Assembly (NCBI RefSeq): GCF_009914755.1
Contig: NC_060928.1
Strand: one strand, 5' to 3'
Length of the DNA: 64,000 bases
Origin: the human T2T-CHM13v2.0 reference genome, Homo sapiens
How positions within the stretch are numbered: the first letter of the stretch is position 1; each line of letters opens with the position of its first letter. Below, one piece after another: positions 30,480 to 49,797 of the stretch. The notes under the pieces were generated by a model. That model had not been told where the DNA came from. It worked only from the letters and a program-made list of their open reading frames with translations, and ran no database searches. Made by a program: the position numbers and the translations under genes.

Positions 30480-30945
30480 TGCTTCAACAAATAATGGAGG
30501 ACCTTGTATTATGTGAAATAAGACAGACACAGAAAGAAAAATATCACATGATCTCACATATGTGGAGTCTTTTTTTTTTAAAGAAGCTGAATACATAGAG
30601 AGTACAATGGTGCTTACCAGGGATGGAGAGTGGAAGGAAATGGGCGATATAGGACAGAGTACAAAGTTGCAGTTATGTAAGATGAATAAATCTAGAGATC
30701 TAATGTAAGGATGTAAGGAAAGAAGAAGGAATCATTCCAAAGTAACAACTATTACAGTTAATAATAGTGTATTGCATATTAAAAATCTGCTAGGAGAGTC
30801 ATTTTAGGTACTCTTAGCATACACATAAAAAGAAGTAACTAAGGAAAGTGATGGTTATGTTAATATGCTTGACTGTAGCAATCTTTTCATTATCTATATT
30901 AAAACATCATATTGTACCTCAAATATAGACGTAAAAATAAATTTT
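30480..30945 (+). mobile_element. L1 3' end (L1MA9/L1MB1-like)
   Basis: gtgaaataagacagacacagaaagaaaaatatcacatgatctcac...gatctaatgta...aaaacatcatattgtacc. Confidence 0.85.
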
Positions 30946-31249
30946 TGAAAATCATCCTGTTCTGTTTAATACCGTGAAATAAACAAACTGGCATCTCCCC
31001 CGCTGGTGTGAAGGTGCTGTGTGGGCGAGTAATGGTACTATTTAGATCTCTGCCTCTTACTACCTCCATATCTACCATGGCTGTGTGAGACTCTCACTTG
31101 TAATTTTAGTTTTAGTATTATTCCACAGTTTCACATGTGCCAGACTTATAATCTGAAAGAAAAAAAGGGAGGAATTTTTGAAAGTTAATTATAATTGGTA
31201 TATTTCTAATAGAATTATATATTCTGCAAAGCCACTGTTAAAGAAGAGA

Positions 31250-33240
31250 TTAATTTTATTTTGTTTTACTTTCAACTTATCATTCTCTTTATATTTAAAT
31301 GTGTCTCTTTTAGGGGACATATTATAGAGTCTTGCTTTTTATACATTTATTTTTGGCATTAAAATGCAGTTTTTAAAACAATAATATTTAATATAAGTTT
31401 CGTAGGTTAAGATGTAGACCTACAATTTTATTATTTCTTTAATTTTTGTCTCCTCATTTTTATGTACCTCTTTTCCTTTTTTCTTTTAGATTATTTGTCT
31501 ATATATTTTTAGTATGCCATTGTGACTATTTTTTTTTCTGGCTGTTCTAGAAATTGCAATATACACAGATAAACTTTGACAGTCTAACAAGGGTCAATAT
31601 TGTAGCATCTCACAGTGTTGAATCCTTGAAATATTCAGCTCTTTTTATTCTTCCACTGACTTACACATTACAGTTATTGTAAGTATAAATATGCATGCAT
31701 TGAAAATTCCATCACACGTCTTTACAGTTTTGCTTTAAACATTCATACATATTTAAAAAAACACAAGTGGTAAAAATAAGTATTTTATATTTACTTTTAT
31801 ATTTACTATTTCTGCTGCTCTCTCTTCATTCTTGATGATTCAAGGTTCCTTCTATTATTTACCATCATCTTGATGAAAACTGCTATTGGCATTACCAGAA
31901 GAGGAGGTTTTTCAGAAATAAATTCTCTTCATCACAGAATACTTTTATTTCCATTTTATACCTGAAGGATATTTTCACTGAATGTAAAATTTGAGGTTAA
32001 CATTTCTTTTATTTAAGCACTTTAAAGACGTTCCACTGTCTTCCAACCACAATGGTTTCTGATGAGAAATTCACGATCATTGTAATTAGTAATCTGTAAT
32101 TTATTTTTTCTAGTTGCTTTCAAGAGGTTTTTCTTAATCTTTGGTTTTCAGCAGTTTGATTATGATGTATATAGGTATGACTTTCTTTGATCTTATCTGG
32201 AACCCTGAGCTGCTAAAATCTGTAAATTATATTTCTTTTACTATATTCATGATTTTTAGCCATTATTTTGTATATGTATGTTTGTTTTGTGTATGTATGT
32301 ATGCATGTGTTTGGATATGTATATGTATAAAAATAAATATGTACACACACACACACACACAATTTTTGGTGTGCCCATCCCTTTTCATTTTTTTCTGATA
32401 CTACAATTACACATATGTTAGATTCTTTGATAGACTTCTACAGGTGCCTTACGATCTGTTAGCACTTTATCACTTTTTTTCCCCTCTATTCTTCCAATTG
32501 AAAAATATCTACTGGTGCGTCTTAGGTTGACTTTCTTTGTCTTACGTCATCTACGTTCTGTGACTAAGCTCCTTCACTGATCCCCACCCCCACATCCTGT
32601 ATTACTCAGATCCAAGTTTCACACTTGATTCTTCAATTATACTTTCTTTTTTACTTCTAAGATTTTTTTCTTAATTTAATATGGGCTTCCCTTTACTTTC
32701 TATGTCTTGCTAAGTTGGTTTTGGTCTGCTGCACTCAATCATTATCTAGGGGTTACTCTGAGATTGATGTGGGTGGTTCCAATGACAGTTCAGCTTTGAA
32801 AGCTGCCGTTGTCTTGTTTGGATCTGTCCCACGCTCTGGATACTTAGCTGTTAAGCTAATACATGTGTGGGTTTACACATGAAATTAAAAATCTTTTCTT
32901 GGTTTCCTCTGAAATTATTTTATAAACATTGCATATGAAGGATCCTGGTTCCTCTAAAACAAAAATGAGATTTGTATTGTAGTTTTATTCTCTCCACAGT
33001 TTCACTCCTCTGTAAATAGTTTCTACCCTTGGAATAAAGCCAGGAGAGGATAAACAATAACAACAATGATAATGAAATGTTTATTCCCATGAGAGTTACT
33101 TAAGTTTTGACTTCCCTCTGCACAAACCTGCTTTTGTTTACTTTTTCAAGTTTTTAGCTAGTTGCTTTCTGTACATCACACAGAGGCTTTAGGGGTCCTC
33201 ACTGGAAAAGATAAGTTTTAGTGGGCTTAAGACATTGCCA
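31250..33240 (-). mobile_element. Old L1 (L1MC/ME) 5' region/ORF1 relic
   Basis: ctgaaggatattttcactgaatgtaaaatt; gtttctgatgagaaattc; tagttgctttcaag; tacaattacacatatgttaga. Confidence 0.7.
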
Positions 33241-36200
33241 AATTTGAGCCTCTTTTCAGATATTTCTTAAATACAGATGAGCACATGCAAATCTGAATTA
33301 ATCTTAGTTATTAGCATAATTATCCTTATGTAGACATGAATATAATTGGTAGGATCTAATGAAGTACTACGTAAGAAACACATAAAAATTGAGATTCAGA
33401 TAAATAATTAAATTCATTAGCATTGTGAAGTAATCTATTTCTTTTTTCATTCAATCAACAATTTTTTTAGCTCTAATAAAGTACTAATCACTATCCTAGT
33501 TTTAATTCCAAATAAAGTGTCAAAACTTGTTAAAAGATGTTTAATGGAAAAAAAGAAGTAGAATGCTAAAGTTTTCAAAGGTAATACAATGTGTAAGAGT
33601 GGGTAAAAAGTTAAATTTCCAGCAGCTAACCTAGAGTTATTTTCATCATATCATGCTAAAATTCACATTAGAATAATTTTATGTAAGAAAATCCTACATT
33701 GAAATTCACTCTAATTTATCACATTATGTTGAAACTACATAATCTTAGGCTTTTGTATGTCTGTTTGTTTCATAGCAGAAGAAATTCTTGTGACATTGTC
33801 AGTGCAGTATGTGAACTAGAATTAAACAAGCCTCATGTGCCAAAAACCCTGGGAATGATGGATGCAAAACATATTAATATATTCCTCTCTCACCCATCAT
33901 ATGGCACATTATAATCTATGGAACCCCAAAAAATCAGGAATATATTCCAGAAGTTTTTCCTTTGTTTTCCAAGACATTACCCAATTATACCATTTCGTCG
34001 ATCGTATACATGTGAGTCCAGTCAATACCAATGTATTTTTAAAAACATTTGTATTTTGAAAATACATCTTAAATTGGTTTATATGATGCTCTGCGTATTT
34101 CTTATACTACCTAAATATTTGCAACTAATGGCAGGCCAATGGTTTTGATATTCTGGGATAAAATAAACAAGATGAATATATTGTATTGAATACCTCTGGA
34201 TAAGGATCAAAAAACTTTTAATCCTTCCTCTTCATCCCCCATACTGATCTTTTTATCCAACAAATTCATTTCTCACAGTGGTGTTGCTTTCTTCTAATTT
34301 AAAGTGGAGATACAAGTAAGAGTTTTTGAGGAACTTAGAAATTGTAATTGGTGGTATATGAAAAGTGTAAGCACTTGTGAAGTGTGAGCAGTGTTTCTTT
34401 TGACTGAGAACGTTATTACATCATTTTTCAATACCTAGAGAAAGAGTTAGTGGACTACATTATTTGGTAGTTAACTACAATACACAGGTTTTTCCCTAAC
34501 CATTATCAGGGTCTATTAATTTCTCTCCTAAACCATGTCTGGTAACCTCAACTCTTACACTGCTATTTGGTCAGTCCAATGATTGTAGGACATTACCTAA
34601 TAATTTCTTTTATCTTGGCTGATACAATGTCCTTTACTTAGTGAACAGACTTAAACATCCTTAACTAAATTATTTCCCACAGTTTAAAATAAGACCAGGT
34701 TATAAATAACAGCATGGTGGAGAGGGTGTTAAATTATTTATATAAATTTAGACAACTTATTATAGAACACATGTGTACTGATACTGTGATTTAAAATTTT
34801 GAAAATATCTTTCCCGTTTCATAAATCAGATCATTAAATTAAAAATATTTTAGTTTTTTATACTTAAATCATTAAATCTGATTAGATTATTTGGTTAATA
34901 ATTAATTTGATTAATTAATTTAATGTGATTAAAGTAAGTTCAATTTATTATATTTAGAAAATATTGTGATTTAAAATAAAAAATACTTTTGTAGTTAAAA
35001 AGTTCATTTTGTATGTGGTAGGGTGCATTTGCTGTAGTACGAAGATTGATATGCCCCTGTTTTCCATAAAAAGTTTTAATTATAGATTTTTATTTTGAAT
35101 TAACTGCAATGTTTGTCAGATGTTTCCATCAAAAAACACCTATTGGCAAAGAGCGAATTTGCTTCCTCTAGAAATTCTTTCCCACCTCACCCCTGCCTCA
35201 GGCTTATATGAGACTAATCGGAGGAAACACCTGCATATAATGCAAGTTGTGAATTTGTGTGATATCATAAGTTATCTATTTATTTTCATTGTGCACTCAA
35301 AATTCTAGTAAAATATAATTTTTCAGAAAAATGTTGAAAGCTTGTCTGGGAGATTCATATATTCCAGAGACATGAGGTATAGGCAGTCAAATTCAAGCAG
35401 CGATGAATTAAACTGACTGAAGTGATAATTGGGTAATTGGAATAAACTTTCCCTTTTGATCTATGTTTGAGATAACTGATATTCACGTTTGATAGTATGA
35501 TGTCCTAATTGACCATGGCTATGTTGGGAAGCATTGGGCAGGTGGTTCTCCCATTTTCTATTGCAAAGATTCTCAAGTACAGCTCCTAAGAACTGGGGTG
35601 AGTGCTTGACAGGCTTTTATCTAACAGTCAGACACATAAGAAAAATACAGATACATTAGTGCATTTATTTTTTAACACTAAAAGGATTTATCCTTTGTAT
35701 TATAAGATGATATCCGTTAAATTTGTGGGGGTTAAAATGACCTTTTCATTTGACGAAGTAAAAAGTTATTCTATGGTAGTGAGAAAAACTTTTGCTTTAA
35801 ATTTTGCTAAACCATGAAGTTTTAAAGTGTGGTAAACCCTTGTGTGTTGCATATTTAGTATGCAAGGAGAGGTGTGCTTTGCTTCTAGACAAAAGGGAAG
35901 TAATGAATGAAAGTTGGCAGAGGGTGACAGATGCAAGAGAAATAGTGACGTACCTATGTCTCCTCTGATCGTGAAATGACACTGGAGCTTTCAGTGAATG
36001 ACTGAAGAGAAAAAAAATCGAAGGAGATTTTTTAATGAGAACAATCACAGCCATTTACTTCTGAGGTGACAAAGCACAGCACTGCGTAGGAGGGGAAGAT
36101 AATTTCTTTATCTCTAGTTTTAACTTGGCCCTTCTTGGGAATCTAGTGGATTGGAAACTTCATGACATAGTACCCTAGGTAGGTACAACAACATCCTCAG

Positions 36201-36505
36201 AAGAAAATGGAGCTCCATAAGTAAATCAATGTGAAGTGAACATTAACATCAAGCTATGAAACTGAAAAAGAATGCCCATGATGACTGTTTCCTGGAGACA
36301 ATATATGACAATGGTTTGGGATATACATTAACAGTTGATTTAGGAAATGTCAAAGATAACTGAGTTGGGAGCTGGAAAGTAATCATGAAGATTTTGCATG
36401 AATATTTCGATTTCATGCTACTTTACCGCAACTTTACTGATGTTCCCTGAATGGTGACAGCAGGTGACATTTGTGTTAATAAATAGAATAAATCCTAAAT
36501 ATACT

Positions 36506-36870
36506 TGTATTGGTCTGATTTCACACTGGTAAAAAGAAATACCCAAGACTGGGTAATTTATAAAGGAAAAAGGCTTAGTTGACTCACATTTCGTCATGGC
36601 TGGGGAGGCCTCAGGAAACTTACAATCATAGCAGAAGGCAAAGGAGAAGCAATCACCTTCTTCATGAGGTGACAGGAAAAAGAGAGAGAGAGAGAAAGGG
36701 AAACCACCACTCGAAAAACCATCAAATCTCATGAGAACTCCGTCACTATCACAAGAACACCAAGGGGCGCCCCCATGATCCAGTCACCTCCCACCACGTC
36801 TCTCCCTGAACACCTGGGGATTACAATTTGAGATGAGATTTGGGTGGGGACACAACACCAAAACGTGTCA
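36506..36870 (-). mobile_element. MaLR solo LTR (THE1D/MSTA-like)
   Basis: TG...CA ends; perfect 5-bp TSD ATACT at 36501-36505 and 36871-36875; ggggaggcctcaggaaacttacaatcat. Confidence 0.93.
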
Positions 36871-37978
36871 ATACTATCCACACTTAAGTGATCAAAATTA
36901 GTGTCCTGTCTACTATTATATTTCCCTATTCCTGTTCCCAGTTACTGGTACTATCTTTAATTCAGAAAAGGTAACTAGAAATCTCCAAAATATATTTAGT
37001 TTAACTATTTTCCTTATCTCAGTCTCAATATACTCACTTAAAGACCAAATTTAATCACTGTTACCCTTGCACAACATTTTATTTGTATCTTTTCTGTTTT
37101 TTTTCTTCATGTCAGGGTTCTATAATATTCTGCCTAAACTATTTCAAGTAGTTTAAATTTGTGTAATATTTTTCCCAATTCACCAGCAAAGCAATCAAAC
37201 TCTACAGATCAACTCATATTTAATTGTTTTTTAATTTTCATTTTTAGTTCTGGAGTACATGTGCAGGATGTGTGGGTTTGTTACACAGATAAACTTGTGC
37301 CACGGTGGTTTGCTGCACCTATCAACCCATCACCTTGGTTTTAAGCCCAGTATTTATTAGCTATTTTTATGAATGCTCTCCTTCCTCCCACCCCACCCCT
37401 GACAGGCCCCAGTGTGTGATTCTCCCCTCCCTATGTCCATGTGTTCTCATTGTTCACCTCCCACTTATAAGTGAGAGCATGCGGTGTTTGGTTTTCTGTT
37501 CCTGCATTACTTTGCTGAAGATAATGGCTTCCAGCTTCATCTATGGCCGTGCAAAGGACATGATCTCATTCCTTTTTGTGGCTGCATAGCATTCCATGGT
37601 GTATATGCACTGCATTTTCTTTATCCAGTCTATTGTGATGGGCATTTGGGTTGATTCCATCTCTTTGCTACTGTGAATAGTGCTGCAATAAACATATGTG
37701 TGCACGCATCTTTGTAATGTAATTATTTATATTCTTTGAGTATATACCCAGTAATGGGATCACTGGTTCTAGAAACTGGTATTCCTGGTTCTCGATCTTT
37801 GAGGAATTGCCACAGTGTCTTCCACAATGGTTAAACTAATTTACATTCCCACCAACAGTGTAAAAGTGTTCCTATTTCTCTGAAACCTCAACAATATCTG
37901 TTGTTTCTTGACTTTTTAAAAAAGACCATTCTGACTGGCGTGAGATGGTATCTCATTTTGATTTGATAAATGTCTTCC

Positions 37979-38280
37979 TTTTTTTTTTTTCTTTGAGACA
38001 GAGTCTCACTCTGTCGCTCAGGCTGGAGTGCAGTGGCACCATCTCGGCTCACTGCAAGCTTCGCCTCCCAGGTTCACGCCATTCTCCTGCCTCAGCCTCC
38101 TGAGTAGCTGGAACTACAGGTGCCCACCACCATGCCCGGCTAATTTTTTTTTGATATTTTTTAGTAGACACAGGGTTTCACCATGTTAGCCAGGATGGTC
38201 TTGATCTCCTGACCTCGTGATCCGCCCGCCTCAGCCTCCCAAAATGCTGGGATTACAGGTGTAAGCCACCACGCCTGGCC
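37979..38280 (-). mobile_element. AluY inserted in L1 ORF2 3' region
   Basis: gcaagcttcgcctcccaggttcacgccattctc, ttagccaggatggtc; TSD core ataaatgtcttc on both sides. Confidence 0.95.
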
Positions 38281-41200
38281 CCTGTATAAATGTCTTCTTT
38301 TGAGAAGTGTCTGTTCATGTCCTTTGCCCACTTTTTAATAGGTTTTTTTTTCTTGTAAATTTGTTTGAGTTCCTTGTAGATTCTGGATATTAGACCTTTG
38401 TCAGATAGATAGATTGCAAAAATTTTCTCCCACTCTGCAGGTTGCTCCTTCATTCTGATGATAGTTCCTTTTGCTGTGCAGAACCTATTTAGTTTAGTTA
38501 GATCCCATTTGTCAATTTTTGTTTCTGTTACAATTGCTTTTGATGGTTTCATCATGAAATCTTTGCCTGTGCCTGTGTCCTGAGTGGTATTGCCTAGATT
38601 TTCTTCTAGGCATTTTATAGTTTGGGATTTTACATTTACGTCTTTAATCCATCTTGAGTTAATTTTTGTATAAGGTTTGAGGAGGTGGTCTAGTTTCAAT
38701 TTTCTGCAAATGGATAGACAGTTTTTCCAGCACCATTTAATAAATAAGAAATCCTTTCCCCATTGCTTGTTATTGACAGATTTGTCGAAGATCAGATGGT
38801 TGTAGATGTGTGCTCTCATTTCTGAGTTCTCTATTCTGTTCCCTTGGTCTTTGTGTCTGTTTTTGTGCAAGTACCATGTTGTTTTGTTATTGTAGCCTTA
38901 TAGTATAGTTTGAGGTCTGGTATCATGATGCCTCCAGCTTTATTCTTTTTGCTAAGGATTGACTTGGCTATAGGGCTCTTTTTTGGTTCCATGTGAATTT
39001 TAAAATAGTTTTTTTCTAATTCTGTGAAGAATGTCAATACTAGTTTAATGGGAATAGCATTGAATCTATACATTACTTTGGGCAGTATGGCCATTTTCAC
39101 GATATTAATTACTCCTATTCATGAGGATGGAATGTTTTTCCATTTGTTTGTGTCGTCTCTTATTTCTTTGAGTAGTTGCTTGTAGTTCTCTTGAAGAGGT
39201 CCTTCACGTCCCTTGTTAGCTATATTCTTAGGTATTGTATTCCCTTTGCAGCAACTGTGAATGGGAGTTAATTTATGATTTGGCTCTATACTAGTCTATT
39301 GTTAGTCTATAGGAATGCTTGTGATTTTTGCACATTGATTTTGTATCCTGAGACTTTGCTGAAGGTGGTTGTCAGCTTGAGAAATTTTTGGGCTGAGACA
39401 GTGGGGTTTTCTAGATATAAGATTATGTCATCTGCAAACAAATATTTTTGACTTCCTCTCTTTCTATTTGAATACCCTTTATTTCTTTCTTATGCCTGAT
39501 TGCCCTGGCCAGAACTTCCAATACTGTGTTGAATAGAAGTGGTGAGAGAAGGCATCCTTGTCTTGTGCCAGTTTTCAAAAGGATTGTTTCCAGCTTTTGC
39601 CTATTCAGTATGATACTGTCTGTGGGTTTGTCATAAATGGCTCTTATTATTTTGACATACATCCCATCAATACCTAGTTTATGAAAGGTTCATAACATGA
39701 AGGTGTGTTGTATTTTATTGAAGGCCTTTTCTTCATCTATTGAGATAATCGTGCGATTTTTGTCTTTAAATCTGTTTATGTGATGAACTACATTTATTGA
39801 TTTGCACATGGTGAACCAGCCTTGCATCCAAGGAATGAAGCCAACTTGATAGTGATGTATAAGCTTTTTGAAGTGCTGATGAATTTGGTTTGCCAGTATT
39901 TTATTGAGAAATTTTGCATTGATGTTCATCAGAGATATTGGTCTGAAGTTTTCTTCTTTTGTTGTATCTCTGCCAGGTTTTGGTATCATTATGATGCTGG
40001 CCTCATAGAATGAGTTAGGGAGGAGTCCTTCCTTTTTAATTGTTTGGAATAGTTTCAGAAGAAATGGTATTAGCTTCTCTTTGCATTTCTGGTAAAATTC
40101 AGCTGTAAATCCATCTGATCCTGGAATTTTGTTAGTTAGTAGGCTATTTATAACTGCCTCAATTTTAGAATACTTTATTGGTCTATTCAGGGATTCAACT
40201 TCTTCCTGGTTCAGTCTTGGGAGGCTGCATGTGTCCAGGAATTTATTCACTTCTTCTAGATTTCTAGTTTATTTGCGTAGAGCTGTTTATAGTATACTCT
40301 GTTGGTAGTTTGAATTTCTGTGAAGTCAGTGGTAATATCCCCTTTGTCATTTTTTATTGTATCTATTTGATTCTTCTATATTTTCTTCTTTATTAGTCTA
40401 GCTAGCAGTCTATCTATTTTGTTAATTTTTTAAATAAAACCAGCTCCTGGATTCATTGATTTTTTTTTTGAAGGGCTTTTCATGATTCTGCTCTGATCTT
40501 AGATATATCTTGTCTTCTGCTAGTTTTTGCATTAGCTGCTCTTGCCTCTCTAGCTCCTTTAATTGTGATATTAGAGTATCAATTTGAGATCTTTCTAGCT
40601 TTATGATGTGGACATTTAGTGATATGAATTTTACTCTTAATACTGCTATAGCTGCATCCCAGAGATTCTGGTACATTGTCTCTGTTCTCATTGGTTTCAA
40701 AGAACTTCTTTATTTCTGCCTTAATTGCTTTATTTACCCAGGAGCAGGTTGCTCATTTTCCATGTAGTTGTGTGGTTTTGAGTGAGTTTCTTAATCTCGA
40801 GTTCTAATCTGTGGTCTGAGAGACTGCTATGATTTCAGTTCTTTCGCATTTGCTGAGGAGTAATTTACTTCCAATTGTGTGATCAATTTTAGAGTAAGTG
40901 CCATGTGGCACCGAGAAGAATGTATATATTTTTTTGGTTGGGGGGGGCGGTTGTGGAAAGATGTGTAGATATCTGTCAGGTCCACTTGATAAATAGTTGA
41001 GTTAAAGTCCTTAATATCTTTGTTAATTTTCAGTGTCAATGATCTCTCTAACATTGACAGTGAGGTGTTCTCACACTATTATCGTATGGGAGTCTACATC
41101 TTTTGTAGTCTCTAAGAACTTGTTTTCCTAGTCTAGGTGCTCCTGTATTGGGTGCATATATCTTTAGGAGAGTTAGCTCTTCTTGTTTAATTGACCCCTT

Positions 41201-42952
41201 TACCTATATGTAATGTCCTTCTTTATCTTTTTTGATCTGTGTTTCCTTAAAGTCTATTTTGTCAGAAACTAGGATTCCAACCTCTGCTTTTTTGTTTTCC
41301 ATTTGCTTGGTACATTTTCATCCATCTTTCTATTTTGAGTCTATGTGTGTCTTTGAATGTAAGATGAGTCCCTTGAACACAGAACACTGATGTATTTTGA
41401 CTCTTTATCCAGCTTGCCATTCTGTGTCTTTTAATTGGGACATTTAACCCATTTACATTTAAGTGTAATATTGTTATGTGTGAATTTGATCCTGACATCA
41501 TAATGCTAGTTGGTTATTTTGCAGACTTGTTTATGTATTTGCTTCACAGTGACACTAGTCTGTGTACTTCAGTGCGTTTCTTGTAGTGGCTGGTAACGGT
41601 TTTTCCTTTCCATATTTAGTGCTTCCTTCAAGTCTTGCAAGGCAGGCCTAGTGGTGATGAATTCCCTCAGCATTTGTTTGTCTGAAAAAATTTTATTTCT
41701 TCTTCACTTATGAAGCTTAGTTTGGCTGGATATGAAATTCTAGGCTGAAAATTATTTTATTTAAGAAGGTTGAATATTGGCCCCCATCTCTTCTGGCTTG
41801 TATGATTTCCACTGAGAGGTCTGCTGCTAGTCTGATGGGCTTCCTTTTATAGGTGACTTGGCCCTTCTCTCTGACTGCCCTTAACATTTTTTCCTTCGTA
41901 TAGACCTTGGAGAACATGATGATTATTTGTCTTGTGGTTGATCTTCCTGTGAAGTATTTTATTGTGGTTCTCTGGATTTCCTGAATTTGAATGTTGGCCT
42001 GTCTTGCTAGGCTGGGGGAAGTTCTCCTGGACAATATCCTGAAGTGTGTTTTCCAACTTGGTTCCCTTCTCCCTGTCTCTTTCAGGTACCCCTATCAGTT
42101 GCAGGTTTGGTTTTTTTAACATAATCCCATAGTTCGTGGAGGTTTTGTTTGTTCCTTTTCATTATTTTTTCTCTAATCTTGTCTGCCTGCCTTATTTCAG
42201 CAAGATAGTATTCAAGCTCTGATATTCTTTCTTCCACTTGGTCTATTTAGCTATTGATTCTAGTGTTTGCACTATGAGGTTCTTGTGTTGTGTTTTTCAG
42301 CTCCATCACATTATTTATTTTCCTCTCTAAACTGGTTATTCTGGTTAACAGCTCCTATGTTTTATCATGGTTCTTAGCTTCTTTTCAGTGAGTTAGAATA
42401 TAATCCTTTAGCTCAGGGAAGTTCATTATCACACATCTTCTGAAGCCTACTTCTGTCAATTCATCCATCTCAGCCTCAGTCCAGTTCTGTGCCCTTGCTG
42501 GAGACATGTTGTGATCTTTTGGAGGAGAAGAGGAACTCTGACTTTTTGAGATTTCAGCATTTTTGCATTGATTCTTTCTCATCTTCATGGGTTTATCTAC
42601 CTTTGATCTTTGAGGCTGCTGACTTTTGGATAAGTTTTTTGTGGGATCTTTTTTTGTTGATGTTGTTGCTTTCTGTTTGTTTTTCTTTTAGTAGTGAGGC
42701 CCCTTTTCTGCAGGGCTGCTTCAGTTCTCTTGAGGTCCACTCCAGCCCCTATTTGCCTGGGTCCCTCCTTTCCCTGGAGATATCACCAGTGGAAGTTGCG
42801 GACCAGCAAAGATGGCAGCCTGCTCATTCCTCTGGGAGATCTGTCCCAGAGGGGCACTGACCTGATGCTGGCTGGAGCGCTCCTGTATGAGGTGTCTGGA
42901 GACTCCTGTTGGGAAGTCTCAGTCAGGAGGAGTAGGGTCGAAGACCGACTTA

Positions 42953-43324
<372 letters not shown>

Positions 43325-43635
43325 CTAGGATGCCCTGACCCTCCAGAGCCAGCAGGCAGAAAAGACTAAGATTGCTCATCCATGATACCACAGCCACCCC
43401 TCCTCCTATGGGCTCCTCTCAGGATTATCAGTGTACTATCCATAAACCCCTGGCTGGGGATGCTGAGATTCCCACAGGGAGGCCCCACCCAGTAAGGAGG
43501 AGTGGATCTCGTCCTGCTTAAAGAAGCAGTCTGGTCACAAAGTGGTCCAGTCACTATGCTGCACTGTGGGGAACTGCTGTCGGTCCAGACCATCCTGCCT
43601 GGCTGACACTGGCTGCAGGAGAAAGCAGCTGACTG

Positions 43636-43685
43636 TCTCAGCCTCTGCAGATGCTAGGATTAGAGGCATGAGCCACTGCACCCAA
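43636..43685 (-). mobile_element. Alu 5'-end fragment (about 50 bp)
   Basis: tctcagcctctgcagatgctaggattagaggcatgagccactgcaccc. Confidence 0.75.
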
Positions 43686-43854
43686 TTCGAGTTATGATTC
43701 TTTTAATTTGCTATTGAATTTGGTTTCCTAGTATTTTGTTGAGGATTTTTGCATCTATGTTCACTAAGACTGTTAGCTTGTAGTTTTTGTTTATTTTTTC
43801 TTTTTTATTGCAGTGTTACTGTCTGAATTTGATTTCAATATAATGCTGGCTTCA

Positions 43855-47513
<3,659 letters not shown>

Positions 47514-48987
47514 GAAAAGTATTGGTTTTAATTCTTCTTTAAATGTTCTGTCAATATTTGCTTTAGATACTTAGGTGCTCTGATGTTCAGTGCATATATA
47601 TTTACAATCATCACATTCTCTTGATGATTTCCCTCTTTTATCATTATGTAATGACCTTTGTGTCTCTTTTAGAATTTTTTTTAAAGTCTATTTTGTTTTA
47701 TATTTATATAGTCATCCTTGGTTACTGTTTGCATGAAATATCTTTTTCCATCCCTTCACTTTCAGACTATGTGAATCTCTAAAGGTAAATTTTGTCTTTT
47801 ATAGGCAACATATAGTTAGATTTTTTAAAATTCAACCACACTTTGTCTTTTGATTGGAATATTTAATCCATTTACATTTAAAATTATTATTAATAAGTAA
47901 GAACTTAAATTTGCCATTTTGTGTATTGTTTTCTGTTTTGTAGTTCCTTTCTTTCTTTTTTTCTCTCTTGCTGCTTTTCCTAGTGACATGATGATTTTTT
48001 TAATGTCATGCTTTTACTTTTAATAACGTTTTGTGTATCTATTATGGGGTTTTTCTTTGTAATTATATTTTAAGCTAGTCATAACTTAACTTCAATAGCA
48101 TACAAAAACAGTACACATTTACTTCCTTGCACCCCACACTTTATGCTATTGTCCTTATTTATGTATTTTTATTAAGTGCACACATTAAAATTATTGTAAC
48201 TATACTTACTGTTAGTATTTTCATCTTCTAACTTTCATACTGGTGTTAAATGTGACCTACACACCACTATTAAAGTTTTTGAGTATTATAAATTTGACTA
48301 TATCCTTTCCATTTACATTTTATATATTTATGTTTTTTCATGTTCTATTTAGTGTCTTTTTTGTTTCAACTTGAAGACCTGTATTTAGCAAATTTTTTTT
48401 GTGGTAGGACAGGCGTATAATCTTTACCTCTTCATTTCTGAATGTCACTTTTGTGGAGTGAAGTACTCTTGGTTGACAGACTTATTTTATTTCAGTACTG
48501 TGAATACATCATCCATTATTTCTTTCCTGCAAGATTTCTGCTGACAGAATACTGATATTTTTCTGCAGCTTCCCGTATATGTGATATTTCACTTTTCTTC
48601 TGCTCCTTTCAAAAATATCAGTTTGACTTTCATGTTGGATAATTAGATTATAATGTGTCTCAGCACAGATCTCAAAGTGTTCAGCTTCTTTGGGGTTATT
48701 TGAGCAGCATGGATATGGATGTTTATTTTCCTTTCTAGATTTGGGGAATTTTATGTTATTAGTTATTTAAATAAGATTTTCTTCCCGTTTTCCCTCTCTG
48801 CTCCTTCTAGAACTTCCATAATATAGATATTGTTTCACTTGATGGTGTGCCGTAAAGCAAGTAACCTTTCTTCATTCTTTTTTCTTTTTCCTCTGATTAG
48901 ATAATTCAAATAATGTGCCCTCGAGTTTTCCAATTGTTTCTTTTTGATTGATTCTTCCTCTTGCTGCTTGATTCAGTCTTCTGTTGA

Positions 48988-49797
<810 letters not shown>

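Noticed and set aside
34820-34985. TAAT/ATTA-dense stretch with short inverted repeats as a MITE or homeodomain array
   Set aside because: No clear TIR or TSD; consistent with low-complexity AT-rich background
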